In this document: in pieces, positions 51,316 through 60,634 of the stretch | Position numbering within the stretch: position 1 is the first letter of the stretch | Layout of the letters: every line of letters starts with the position of its first letter | Assembly: GCA_031432545.1 (NCBI GenBank) | Contig: JAVKGX010000003.1 | Coordinates: 57,861 to 121,860 of the forward strand | DNA length: 64,000 nucleotides | Direction of reading: 5' to 3' | DNA from: Candidatus Caldifonticola tengchongensis | GTDB lineage: Bacteria > Sysuimicrobiota > Sysuimicrobiia > Sysuimicrobiales > Sysuimicrobiaceae | Program-made: the position numbers and the translations under genes | Notes under the pieces: model-generated | The model's database searches: none | What the model was told of the DNA's origin: nothing | The model's input: only the letters and a program-made list of their open reading frames with translations

Positions 51316-52856
51316 CGGTCCTGCCCGCCGTCGACGTCCTCGGCGGGCGGGTCGTCCGGCTGCGCCGGGGCGATTTCGCGCAGGCCACGGTCTACGACTC
51401 TGATCCGGTACGGGCCGCGCGACGGTGGACGGCACGGGGTGCGCGGTGGCTGCACGTCGTGGATCTGGACGGCGCGCGCGTGGGCGCCCCAAGGCAGTTG
51501 GGGGTGCTGGCCGCGATCGCGAAGTCAGTCGGTGTCCCCGTGCAATTCGGGGGCGGCCTCCGGTCGGTCGAATCGGTCGGGCGTGCGCTCGATGCGGGAG
51601 CGGCGAGGGTCGTGATCGGCACGTCGGCGCTGACCGATCCCGCGACGCTGGCGTCGGTGTGCGACCGGTTCGGCGAGCGCGTCGCGGTCGGCCTGGACGT
51701 GGAGGACGGGATCGTCCGCATTCGCGGCTGGACCGAGAGTGCGAGTGTGCACCTCGAAGAGGCGGCCAGGCGTGTGCTGGCGGCGGGCGCGCGCAGGTTG
51801 GTCGTCACCGACGTGGTGGCGGACGGGACGATGGCCGGTCCGAACCTGGAGCTGTACCGACGCCTGGTGCCCCTGGGCGTGCCAGTCGTCGCGTCGGGGG
51901 GCGTCCGCGACGTCGACGACCTGCGGGCCCTGCGGGAGATCGGAGTGGAGGGCGCGATCGTCGGCCGGGCCCTGTACGAGGGGACCATCGACCTCCGGGA
52001 GGCCGTCGACGCGGTGCAAGGCGCACGGTCCGAGGAGTGCGGCTCCGCGCTCGCCCGGCGCATCATCGCCTGCCTGGATGTCTCGCCGGTGGGTGGACGG
52101 GCCCGCGTGGTCAAGGGCGTGCACTTCGTCCGGCTGCGCGACGCAGGCGACCCGGTCGAGCTCGCTTTTCTGTACGAGCGGGAAGGCGCGGACGAAATCG
52201 TGTTCTTGGACATCACCGCTTCATCGTCGGGTCGCCCGACGCTCGAGGACGTCGTCCGGCGGACGGCGTCGGAGGTGTTCATCCCCCTGACCGTGGGCGG
52301 GGGCGTCGGTTCGGTCGAAGACGTGCGGCGCTTGCTGCGGGCCGGGGCGGACAAGGTCGCGGTCAACACCGCGGCGGTGCATCGGCCCGAGCTGGTGTGT
52401 GAGGCGGCGGAGATGTTCGGATCGCAGTGCGTCGTCGTCGCGATCGACGCGCGGCGGCGGCGCGGAGGCTGGGAGGTCTGCACCCACGGGGGGCAGAAGC
52501 CCACGGGCCTGGACGCCGTGGCGTGGGCCCGGAGGGTGGCCGACCTGGGCGCCGGCGAGATCCTGCTGACCAGCATGGACCGCGACGGAACGACCGAGGG
52601 ATTCGACGTCGCGCTGACGCGCGCGGTGACCGACGCCGTCGGCATCCCGGTGATCGCATCGGGTGGGGCGGGAGACGTCTCGCACTTCGCGGAAGTCCTC
52701 GCCGAGGGCGGCGCGGACGCGGCGCTGGCCGCATCGGTCTTCCACTTCGGCCGTCTGCGCATCGGCGATCTGAAGGATGCGTTGCGGGCCGCCGGCGTGC
52801 CGGTGCGCCCGGCGTTGGGCGGTGCCGGCGGCCGGACACAAGCGATGGGACGGTGA
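51312..52856 (+). CDS. hisA-hisF: apparent HisA-HisF fusion: ProFAR isomerase domain followed in frame by the IGP synthase cyclase (HisF) domain
   Basis: ATG 51312 overlaps the hisH stop. The first ~235 aa carry HisA hallmarks ([33 protein letters not shown]). Without any stop codon the frame continues into HisF hallmarks ([21 protein letters not shown], ..VFLDITAS.., [16 protein letters not shown]). The junction at 52015-52050 was checked codon by codon. Confidence 0.8.
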   Translation: MTVLPAVDVLGGRVVRLRRGDFAQATVYDSDPVRAARRWTARGARWLHVVDLDGARVGAPRQLGVLAAIAKSVGVPVQFGGGLRSVESVGRALDAGAARVVIGTSALTDPATLASVCDRFGERVAVGLDVEDGIVRIRGWTESASVHLEEAARRVLAAGARRLVVTDVVADGTMAGPNLELYRRLVPLGVPVVASGGVRDVDDLRALREIGVEGAIVGRALYEGTIDLREAVDAVQGARSEECGSALARRIIACLDVSPVGGRARVVKGVHFVRLRDAGDPVELAFLYEREGADEIVFLDITASSSGRPTLEDVVRRTASEVFIPLTVGGGVGSVEDVRRLLRAGADKVAVNTAAVHRPELVCEAAEMFGSQCVVVAIDARRRRGGWEVCTHGGQKPTGLDAVAWARRVADLGAGEILLTSMDRDGTTEGFDVALTRAVTDAVGIPVIASGGAGDVSHFAEVLAEGGADAALAASVFHFGRLRIGDLKDALRAAGVPVRPALGGAGGRTQAMGR

Positions 52857-52881
52857 CGCCCAGCGTGCGGATGTTCCCTCG

Positions 52882-53550
52882 ATGACCGACCGGGAGGATC
52901 CGCGGGTGGAGATCCCACAGGGTCGTGGCCCCGTCGCTTTCGACGACCTGGGGTTGGTGCCCGTCGTGGTCCAGGACCGCTGCACGGGCGCCGTCCTGAT
53001 GCTCGCCTACGCCGACGCCGCGGCGATCGCCCGAACGGAACGGACGGGTCTCGCCCACTTCTGGAGCCGCTCGCGCGGACGCCCCTGGCAGAAGGGCGAG
53101 ACGAGCGGCCACGTCCTGCGCGTGCACCGGATCTTGACCGACTGCGACGGCGATGCGGTGCTGTACGTCGTCGATCCCTCCGGCCCGGCGTGCCACACGG
53201 GAGAACGATCCTGTTTCCATCGAGACTTGTCCGGCGCGCGGGGCGTTGCGCCCGCGGCGGTGCTGGCGGATCTGGCGGCGCTCGTCGCCTCGCGGCGCGC
53301 ACACCCCGTGGAAGGCTCGTATACCGCCGCGCTGCTGTCCGACGTCCCGTCGCGCCTACACGCGAAGATCTACGAGGAAGCCGCCGAGGTCGTGCGTGCC
53401 GCGCGCGAGGAAGGGCCTCGTCGCCTGGCGGAGGAGGCGGCCGACCTCCTGTACCATCTGCTGGTGCTGCTCGCCCGGCATGACGTGGCGCTGTCCGATG
53501 TGCTGGACGTGCTGGAGCGCCGGCGAGGCGCAACGGGGGCCGAATCGTAG
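52882..53550 (+). CDS. hisIE: bifunctional phosphoribosyl-AMP cyclohydrolase / phosphoribosyl-ATP pyrophosphatase
   Basis: ATG 52882, in frame within track ORF 52777-53550. HisI region (GLVPVVVQD...CDGDAVLY..D....CH.GERSCF) then HisE region (E.....EE..E...A). Confidence 0.85.
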   Translation: MTDREDPRVEIPQGRGPVAFDDLGLVPVVVQDRCTGAVLMLAYADAAAIARTERTGLAHFWSRSRGRPWQKGETSGHVLRVHRILTDCDGDAVLYVVDPSGPACHTGERSCFHRDLSGARGVAPAAVLADLAALVASRRAHPVEGSYTAALLSDVPSRLHAKIYEEAAEVVRAAREEGPRRLAEEAADLLYHLLVLLARHDVALSDVLDVLERRRGATGAES

Positions 53551-53646
53551 GCCCCGCGCTCGACCCTGACCGCTGGCTCGCCACTTCGAACTTCGATACC
53601 ACGCGGACCCGCGGTGGATGCTTGCGCTATGCTGAGACATGCGGGG

Positions 53647-54378
53647 ATGCTGTACGCGATCCTGTCCGACGTGCACGCCAACCTCGACGCGCTCGAGGTC
53701 GTCCTCGCCGATGTGGCCGGCAGCGGGGCGGAGCAGGTGATCTGCCTGGGTGATTTCGTCGGGTACGGACCGGAGCCGAACGAGTGCACCGAGCGGTTGC
53801 GCTCCGTCGCGACCGTGGCGCTGGTGGGCAACCACGACCTGGCTGCCCTCGACCGACTGGACGCCGGCCGCTTCAACCTGTTTGCGCGTCTGGCGGTGGA
53901 GTGGACCAAGCTGCAGCTGGAAGAGTCGATCCGCCACTACCTGGAGTCGCTGCCCGCCACGCGGGAGTACGGAGGGCTGCTGCTCGTGCACGGGAGCCCG
54001 CGGGATCCCGTCGAAGAGTACATCATGGATCTGGAGACTGCAGACGACAATTTTCGGGCCGCGGATTTCGAAATCTGTTTTTTCGGCCACACACACTATC
54101 CCGTGTGGTTCGTGCACGACGGCGAGCGTACCCGCATGCGCGCCCTCGCGCCGGGCGAGCGTGCGGCGCTTCGCGGTGGGCAGCGCCATCTGATCAACGT
54201 CGGCAGCGTCGGCCAGCCCCGGGACGGCGATCCGCGCGCCGCCTACTGCCTGTTCGATTCGGACGCCCGGGTCGTGGAGCTCCGGCGATTGCCCTACCCG
54301 ATCGAGTCGGTGCAGCAGAAGATGCGCGACAGGGAACTGCCGCGGCCGCTGTGGGAGAGGCTGGCGGAGGGGCGGTAG
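53647..54378 (+). CDS. calcineurin-like metallophosphoesterase (YfcE/MJ0936-type)
   Basis: MLYAILSDVHAN...GDFVGYGPEP...GNHD...GHTH motif series. Start chosen at ATG 53647; GTG 53614 and ATG 53629 are in-frame alternatives. Confidence 0.75.
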   Translation: MLYAILSDVHANLDALEVVLADVAGSGAEQVICLGDFVGYGPEPNECTERLRSVATVALVGNHDLAALDRLDAGRFNLFARLAVEWTKLQLEESIRHYLESLPATREYGGLLLVHGSPRDPVEEYIMDLETADDNFRAADFEICFFGHTHYPVWFVHDGERTRMRALAPGERAALRGGQRHLINVGSVGQPRDGDPRAAYCLFDSDARVVELRRLPYPIESVQQKMRDRELPRPLWERLAEGR

Positions 54379-54442
54379 CGCAGAATCGCCCCTTCTCTCG
54401 GGCCGGAGCCTGAGGTCGGCAGCGGGGCGGGGGTGAGGGGGC

Positions 54443-55783
54443 ATGACCGTCGAGAAGCGCGAGGAACTGGTGGCGAAAGCGTTTGCGGCCGCCAAGGTCG
54501 CAGAGCAGATGCACCGCTTCTACCGCGGCAAGATCCAGATCCAGCCCAAGTGCGCGATCCGCGGCGTCGAGGACTTCGCGATCTGGTACACACCCGGCGT
54601 GGCCGAAGCCTGCCGGGCGATCGTCCGCGACCCGCTGGAAGTGTACGAGCAGACGAACAAGTGGAACACGGTCGCGATCGTGACCAACGGTACGCGCGTG
54701 CTCGGGTTGGGCAACATCGGGCCGGAGGCCGCGCTGCCCGTGATGGAGGGCAAGGCGCTGCTGTTCAAGTACCTGGGGGGTGTTGACGCGGTGCCGATCT
54801 GCCTGGATGCGCGCGATCCGGAGGAGATGATCCGGACCACCCGCCACCTGCAGCCGGCGTTCGGAGGGATCAACCTCGAGGACATCGAGCAGCCGGCCTG
54901 CTTTCACATCCTCGATCGCCTGCGGGAGGAAATGACGATCCCGGTCTTCCACGACGACCAGCAGGGGACCGCAACGGTGACGCTGGCGGGCCTACTGAAT
55001 GCCCTGCGGATCGTCGGCAAGCCCCTGGCCGACGTGCGGATCGCGATGGTCGGCGCCGGTGCGTCGAACATCGCGATCGCCCGCATCCTGATCGCCGCGG
55101 GAGCCGATCCGGGCAACATCGTCATGACCGACAGCCGCGGCATCCTCAACCGGCGCCGTACAGAGTTGCGCGATACGCACCGCCAGAAGTGGACCCTCTG
55201 CTTGGTCACCAATGCTGAAAACCTGAGCGGTGGTCCCGCCGAGGCGATGCGGGGGGCTGACGTCCTGATCGCGCTCAGTACGCCGGGACCTGACGTCATC
55301 AAGCCAGAGTGGGTACGAGAGATGGCGCCTGATCCGGTGGTGTTCGCGTGCGCGAACCCCGTGCCGGAGATCTGGCCCTGGGACGCAAAGGAAGCGGGCG
55401 CACGGATCGTCGCCACCGGACGCAGCGACTTCCCCAATCAGATCAACAACTCTCTGGGGTTTCCCGCCATCTTTCGCGGGGCGCTGGACGTTCGCGCGCG
55501 CACGATCACGGACGAGATGTGCGTCGCCGCGGCGCAGGCGCTCGCCGGCTATGCCCAGGAGCGGGGGCTGCACGAGGACTACATCGTCCCGTCGATGGTC
55601 GAGTGGGAGGTCTATCCGCTCGTTGCCGCTGCGGTGGGCGAGCGGGCGATCGCACAGGGCGTGGCGCGGCTGCGCCCTCCGCGCGAACAACTGGAGGCAA
55701 GCGCGCGAGAGATGATCCGCTCGGCGCGCGAGGGGACACGCCTGCTGATGGAGCACGGCTACATTCCGATCTTGAATCTGTAA
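54443..55783 (+). CDS. NAD(P)-dependent malic enzyme (short bacterial type)
   Basis: 446 aa with malic enzyme N- and NAD-binding domains (GKIQIQPK, VTNGTRVLGLGNIGP, MVGAGASNIA). Confidence 0.88.
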   Translation: MTVEKREELVAKAFAAAKVAEQMHRFYRGKIQIQPKCAIRGVEDFAIWYTPGVAEACRAIVRDPLEVYEQTNKWNTVAIVTNGTRVLGLGNIGPEAALPVMEGKALLFKYLGGVDAVPICLDARDPEEMIRTTRHLQPAFGGINLEDIEQPACFHILDRLREEMTIPVFHDDQQGTATVTLAGLLNALRIVGKPLADVRIAMVGAGASNIAIARILIAAGADPGNIVMTDSRGILNRRRTELRDTHRQKWTLCLVTNAENLSGGPAEAMRGADVLIALSTPGPDVIKPEWVREMAPDPVVFACANPVPEIWPWDAKEAGARIVATGRSDFPNQINNSLGFPAIFRGALDVRARTITDEMCVAAAQALAGYAQERGLHEDYIVPSMVEWEVYPLVAAAVGERAIAQGVARLRPPREQLEASAREMIRSAREGTRLLMEHGYIPILNL

Positions 55784-55833
55784 GCCGTCTGGCGGACGGA
55801 GGTTCGCTGCGCACATCATGGAGGTTGTTGCGA

Positions 55834-57924
55834 ATGCGACCGATCACCATCGAGGATTTGCTGAGACTCAGGTTCGTCTCCGACGTTCAGATCAGCCCCG
55901 ACGGCAGCCGTGTCTGCTACGTGCAGACGGTCATCGAGCGCGATGCGGGCAAGGACGAGGATGTGTATCGCTCTCACCTCTGGATCGTGGCGGCGGCCGG
56001 GGGAGAACCTCGGCAGTTCACGTTCGGCCCTCATCGGGATTCCCAGCCGCGCTGGTCGCCCGACGGACGCCGGATCGCGTTCCTCTCCGACCGGGGCGGA
56101 GACAAGCACCTGTGGGTGATCCCGGCGGACGGGGGCGAGGCGCGACAGGTGACGAAGCTGAAAGGAGGAGCTTCCGAACACCGGTGGTCACCGGACGGAC
56201 GCAGCATCGCGTTCGTCAGCAAGGTGGGCCCGGATCCCCTCGACGACGAGCCCGACCGGGAGAAGGCCAAGCGCAAGAAGCAAAACCGTCTACGCGTCTA
56301 CACGCGCATCCGCTACAAGCTCGACAGTGAGGGTTTTTGGGACGGCAAGTGGAAACAGATCTTCGTGGTGGACGCCGAAGGTGGCGAACCGCGACAGGTC
56401 ACCTTCGGGGAGTTCGACCACGTGGGCCCGGCGTGGGCGCCCGACAGCCGGCACGTCGCCTACGTAGCCAATCCGCAGCCGGACGCCGACTTCACGAACG
56501 TCACCGACGTGTGGGTGATCCCGGCCGGGGGCGGTGAGCCACGTAAGGTCACGCGTTCGCTGGGACCGGCTGGCAATCTCGCGTGGTCGCCAGACGGGCA
56601 GTGGATCGCCTACTTCGGGCACGACAACCGGTTCATGACCGCGACGCTCACCGGCGTGTGGATCGCGGCGTCCGACGGCAGCGGGGTGCGAAACCTGACG
56701 GACGGGTGGGACCGGGCGGTGGGCAACCACGTGCTCGATGACATGCGGGCGCACCCCGTTGCCGGCGGGCCTATCTGGCGACCGGACGGCCGCGAGATCC
56801 TGTTCTTGGGCGGCGATGGGGGTACCACGCAACTGTATGCGGTCAGCACCGAGGGGCAGGTCCGCGCCCTGACGCAGGGTCGTCGCGTGATCTACGGCTA
56901 CTCGTTCGACGCCGCCGCCGGACGCGCCGCGGTCGGGGTCTCGACGCCGACCGTCCCCGGGGACGTGTACCTGATCGAGTTCGGTGAGGGCGTGCGCGAG
57001 CGGCGGCTGACCGACGTGAACCGGGAGACGCTGGGCCATGTGCGCCTCAGCGAGCCCGAGCCGGCGTGGTTCGAGGGGGTGGACGGGTGGAAGATCGAAG
57101 GGTGGCTGCTGCGTCCGGTCGACTTCCAGGAAGGTCGGCGCTACCCGGTGGTGTTGCAGGTCCACGGCGGCCCGCACGCCGCATACGGCTGGTCGTTCTT
57201 CCACGAGTTCCAGGTCCTGGCGGCGTCGGGCATGGCGGTGCTGTACACGAACCCTCGCGGCAGCCAAGGATACGGCCAGACGTTCAACGCTGCGACGCGC
57301 AACGACTGGGGCGGCAACGACTACCGGGACCTGATGATGGCCCTCGACCAGGCTCTGGATCGCTGGCCGTGGCTGGATCGCGAACGCATGGGCGTGGCGG
57401 GGGGATCCTACGGCGGCTACATGACCAACTGGATTGTGGGCCACACGGACCGCTTCCGCGCCGCCGTCACGATGCGGTCGATCGCCAACTGCTACAGCCA
57501 GTGGGGGACGAGCGACCTCGCCTTCATGAAGGGCTTCTGGGAATTCCCTGGTGAGCCGTGGGACCACCCTGAGTTCTACCTGGAGCGCTCACCCATCACG
57601 TACGTGAACAACGTGCGCACGCCGATGCTGATCATCCACAGCGAAAACGACCTGCGCTGCCCGATTGGGGAGGCGGAGCAGCTGTTCGCGGCGCTGACCA
57701 AGCGCGGGGTGAAGACCGTGTTCTTGCGTTTCCCCAACGAGTCACACGACCTGTCCAGGGCGGGGCAGCCCGAGCACCGCATCCAGCGGCTCCAGTGGAT
57801 CGTCCGCTGGTTCGTCGAGCACCTCACTGAAGTCGCGAGCCCGCATGCCGCAGCCCGGGAGCCCGTTGCGGCCGCGGCCGAAAACCTGCAGGCGACCGTC
57901 GCCCCCGACCCCGAGCACCCATGA
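55834..57924 (+). CDS. S9-family serine peptidase (prolyl oligopeptidase / acylaminoacyl-peptidase type) with N-terminal beta-propeller
   Basis: ATG 55834. Repeated WSPDG propeller motifs. Catalytic GGSYGGYM (Ser nucleophile), Asp and His in the C-terminal alpha/beta hydrolase domain. Confidence 0.85.
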   Translation: MRPITIEDLLRLRFVSDVQISPDGSRVCYVQTVIERDAGKDEDVYRSHLWIVAAAGGEPRQFTFGPHRDSQPRWSPDGRRIAFLSDRGGDKHLWVIPADGGEARQVTKLKGGASEHRWSPDGRSIAFVSKVGPDPLDDEPDREKAKRKKQNRLRVYTRIRYKLDSEGFWDGKWKQIFVVDAEGGEPRQVTFGEFDHVGPAWAPDSRHVAYVANPQPDADFTNVTDVWVIPAGGGEPRKVTRSLGPAGNLAWSPDGQWIAYFGHDNRFMTATLTGVWIAASDGSGVRNLTDGWDRAVGNHVLDDMRAHPVAGGPIWRPDGREILFLGGDGGTTQLYAVSTEGQVRALTQGRRVIYGYSFDAAAGRAAVGVSTPTVPGDVYLIEFGEGVRERRLTDVNRETLGHVRLSEPEPAWFEGVDGWKIEGWLLRPVDFQEGRRYPVVLQVHGGPHAAYGWSFFHEFQVLAASGMAVLYTNPRGSQGYGQTFNAATRNDWGGNDYRDLMMALDQALDRWPWLDRERMGVAGGSYGGYMTNWIVGHTDRFRAAVTMRSIANCYSQWGTSDLAFMKGFWEFPGEPWDHPEFYLERSPITYVNNVRTPMLIIHSENDLRCPIGEAEQLFAALTKRGVKTVFLRFPNESHDLSRAGQPEHRIQRLQWIVRWFVEHLTEVASPHAAAREPVAAAAENLQATVAPDPEHP

Positions 57925-58481
57925 AGATCTACACGAAGACCGGAGATGCCGGCCAGACCAGTCTGTTCGGAGGCGAGCGGGTCTTTAAGACGCACCCGCG
58001 CGTGGAGGCGTACGGCGCGGTCGATGAACTCAACAGCGTGCTCGGTGTGCTGCGGAGCCGACTCGCATCGGACGATCTGGAACGTCTGGTGGCGCGGATC
58101 CAGAACACGCTGTTCGACGTGGGGGCGCAGCTGGCGACGCCCAGGCCAGACGATCCGAAGCTGGCGTCGCACCTGCCGGCCGTCTCGGCTGCCCGCGTAG
58201 AAGAACTGGAGGATTGGATCGACCGGCTAGACGCAGACCTGCCTGCGCTGCGGGCCTTCGTCCTCCCGGGCGGTGTCGAGGCGGCCGCGTGGGCGCACGT
58301 GGCCCGATCCGTGTGCCGGCGGGCCGAGCGGCGCGTGGTGGCGCTCGCATCCACGGAAACCGTCGATCCCGAAATCCTACGGTACCTGAACCGTTTGGGA
58401 GACTTGCTGTTCGTGATGGCCCGCTGGCTCAACCGCCGCGAGGGCGTCGCCGACATCGAGTGGGAACGGGGGAGAGGGTAG
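57921..58481 (+). CDS. ATP:cob(I)alamin adenosyltransferase, PduO type
   Basis: ATGA overlap with the upstream peptidase. MKIYTKTGDAGQTSL...; 186 aa. Confidence 0.85.
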   Translation: MKIYTKTGDAGQTSLFGGERVFKTHPRVEAYGAVDELNSVLGVLRSRLASDDLERLVARIQNTLFDVGAQLATPRPDDPKLASHLPAVSAARVEELEDWIDRLDADLPALRAFVLPGGVEAAAWAHVARSVCRRAERRVVALASTETVDPEILRYLNRLGDLLFVMARWLNRREGVADIEWERGRG

Positions 58482-58527
58482 CGGGCGGGATCGGCGTCGA
58501 TCGTCGATGGGGAAGACGGAGGGTGCG

Positions 58528-60549
58528 ATGGGCAAACGACGGATTCAGGTCGACGATCTGTTGAGGTTCGCGATGCCGTCCGATCCGCAGATCAGCCCGG
58601 ACGGCACGCGTGCCGTCTTCGGCCTGCACCGCCTGGACCTGGAGTCCAACGGGTTTGCCAGCGTGCTGTGGATGGTCTCGCTGAGCGGTGGCGATGCCAA
58701 GCAGTTCACCGCCGGTGCGAAGCGGGATCACTCCCCCCGCTGGTCGCCCGACGGCCGGTGGGTGGCATTCCTCTCCAACCGATCCGGCAAGGACCAGATC
58801 TGGCTGATCCCCGCCGACGGCGGGGAGGCACGCCAGATCACCCACCTGCGCGACGGCGTCAAGGATCTGTCTTGGGCACCGGATTCGCGGCGCCTGTGCT
58901 TTTTGTCCCGCAGCCGCCCGGACGAGCGCGAGGAGGAGCAGGCCAAGCCGGATCCGGTCGTCGTACGGCGTTACACACGCATGGCGTACAAGTTCGACGG
59001 CGTGGGCTTGTTCGACGAGGACCGTCCGCCGCAGATCCACACGGTCGACGTCGTCACCGGCGAAGTGGTGCGGATCACCGACGACCCCTACCCGGTGCAG
59101 TTCCCCGTGTGGTCGGTCGACGGCGAGGAGATCCTGTTCGTCGGTACGCGCGAAGATCGGTGGGACGACACGTACGTCCGCGACGTGTACGCGATGCGCC
59201 CCCGCGACGGCCGCCTGCGGTGCCTGACCCGCAGCCGCGGTCCCGTCCAGGCACCGACCCCGTCGCCCGACGGCCGCTGGGTCGCGTACGCGGGGCACGA
59301 CGACCGCTCCGGGCACGCGACAAACGTGCGCGTGTGGGTCGTGCCGTTTGAGGGCGGGGAGTCCGTCGACCTGACCGACGCCATGGACCGGTCCGTCGGA
59401 GGGTACATGGGCAGCGACGTGCGCGTCGCGCCCATGGTGCTGCCGATCCGCTGGAACCCGGAGGGAACCCACGTATACTTCGTTGCCGGTGACCACGGCA
59501 ACGCGCACCTCTACGCGGTCGACGTCGCCACCCGCCGCGTCCAGCGTGTCACGACGCGCGCTGTGGAGGCCGTATCCTGCTTCGACGTCGGCCCGCTCGG
59601 GCGGGTCGTCTACCAGGCCATGGACGCGGTGACACCCGAGGAGATCTGGCTGCACGAAGCCACCACCGACAGACCGCTCACCGACTTCAACGGGGCGCTG
59701 ACCGGGGAGCTCGACCTCGGTGAAGTCGAGGTGTTCCAGTACGCGGGCGCCGACGACTGGCCGATCGACGCCTGGCTGTACAAGCCGCCGGATTTCGTGG
59801 AGGGCAGGAAGTACCCACTGATCCTCCAGATCCACGGCGGTCCGCACTCGGCGTACGGGAACATCTTCTCCCACGGCACCTTCCTGCTCGCCGCCGCCGG
59901 GTATCTAGTGCTGCGTACGAACCCGCGTGGGAGCCAGGGCTACGGCGAGGCATTTGCGCGCGCGGTCATCGAGGATTGGGGCGGCCGCGACTTCCAGGAC
60001 CTGATGCGGGGCGTGGATGCGGTGATCCAGCGTGGGTACGTCGATACGGCACGCATGGGCGTGACCGGCGGATCGTACGGCGGCTTCATGACCAACTGGG
60101 TGATCTCCCACACCGACCGTTTCCGCGCGGCGGTCACCGAGGTGTGCATCTGCAACCTGCTGTCGTTCTACGGGACGAGCGACATCGGCTACCTGTTCGG
60201 CGAGCGGCAGCTGGGGGGCCGCCCCTGGACGAATCCACAGCGGCTGTGGGAGTTCTCGCCCCTCAAGTATGTCGAACGCGTCGCCACACCCGTTCTGATC
60301 ATCGGCAACGAGGAAGACCACCGCTGCCCGATCGAGCAGTCCGAACAATGGTTCATCGCGTTGCGCAAGCTCGGCAGAGATGCCGAGTTCGTGCGCTATC
60401 CGGGTGAGGCCCACACAATGCAGAGCAATGGCCGTCCGAAGCCACGGATCGACCGTCTGCGCCGCTTGCTGGCGTGGTGGGGTCGCCACCTCGGCGGGGA
60501 CGCCGCAGCCGTCGAACGCCCCCTCGCCCAGGCCGAGGCCGCGGAGTGA
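58528..60549 (+). CDS. S9-family serine peptidase, paralog 2
   Basis: ATG 58528 with RBS ggaggg (ATG 58507 is an alternative). Same architecture as the 55834-57924 protein (WSPDG repeats, GGSYGGFM). Confidence 0.85.
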   Translation: MGKRRIQVDDLLRFAMPSDPQISPDGTRAVFGLHRLDLESNGFASVLWMVSLSGGDAKQFTAGAKRDHSPRWSPDGRWVAFLSNRSGKDQIWLIPADGGEARQITHLRDGVKDLSWAPDSRRLCFLSRSRPDEREEEQAKPDPVVVRRYTRMAYKFDGVGLFDEDRPPQIHTVDVVTGEVVRITDDPYPVQFPVWSVDGEEILFVGTREDRWDDTYVRDVYAMRPRDGRLRCLTRSRGPVQAPTPSPDGRWVAYAGHDDRSGHATNVRVWVVPFEGGESVDLTDAMDRSVGGYMGSDVRVAPMVLPIRWNPEGTHVYFVAGDHGNAHLYAVDVATRRVQRVTTRAVEAVSCFDVGPLGRVVYQAMDAVTPEEIWLHEATTDRPLTDFNGALTGELDLGEVEVFQYAGADDWPIDAWLYKPPDFVEGRKYPLILQIHGGPHSAYGNIFSHGTFLLAAAGYLVLRTNPRGSQGYGEAFARAVIEDWGGRDFQDLMRGVDAVIQRGYVDTARMGVTGGSYGGFMTNWVISHTDRFRAAVTEVCICNLLSFYGTSDIGYLFGERQLGGRPWTNPQRLWEFSPLKYVERVATPVLIIGNEEDHRCPIEQSEQWFIALRKLGRDAEFVRYPGEAHTMQSNGRPKPRIDRLRRLLAWWGRHLGGDAAAVERPLAQAEAAE

Positions 60550-60634
60550 GTCCTGTGGGCCGCAGGGACCTCACGGGGGTTGTCGGTGGCCGCAATGTAG
60601 ACTAGTATTTACGTACTGGTAATCGAAAGACTAC

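Noticed and set aside
51312-52856. Possibility that the hisA-hisF continuity is a frameshift artefact.
   Set aside because: Not rejected outright, but no frame change is needed: a single frame encodes both complete domains. What cannot be excluded from sequence alone is a lost stop codon, so this is reported as a finding that needs read-level confirmation.
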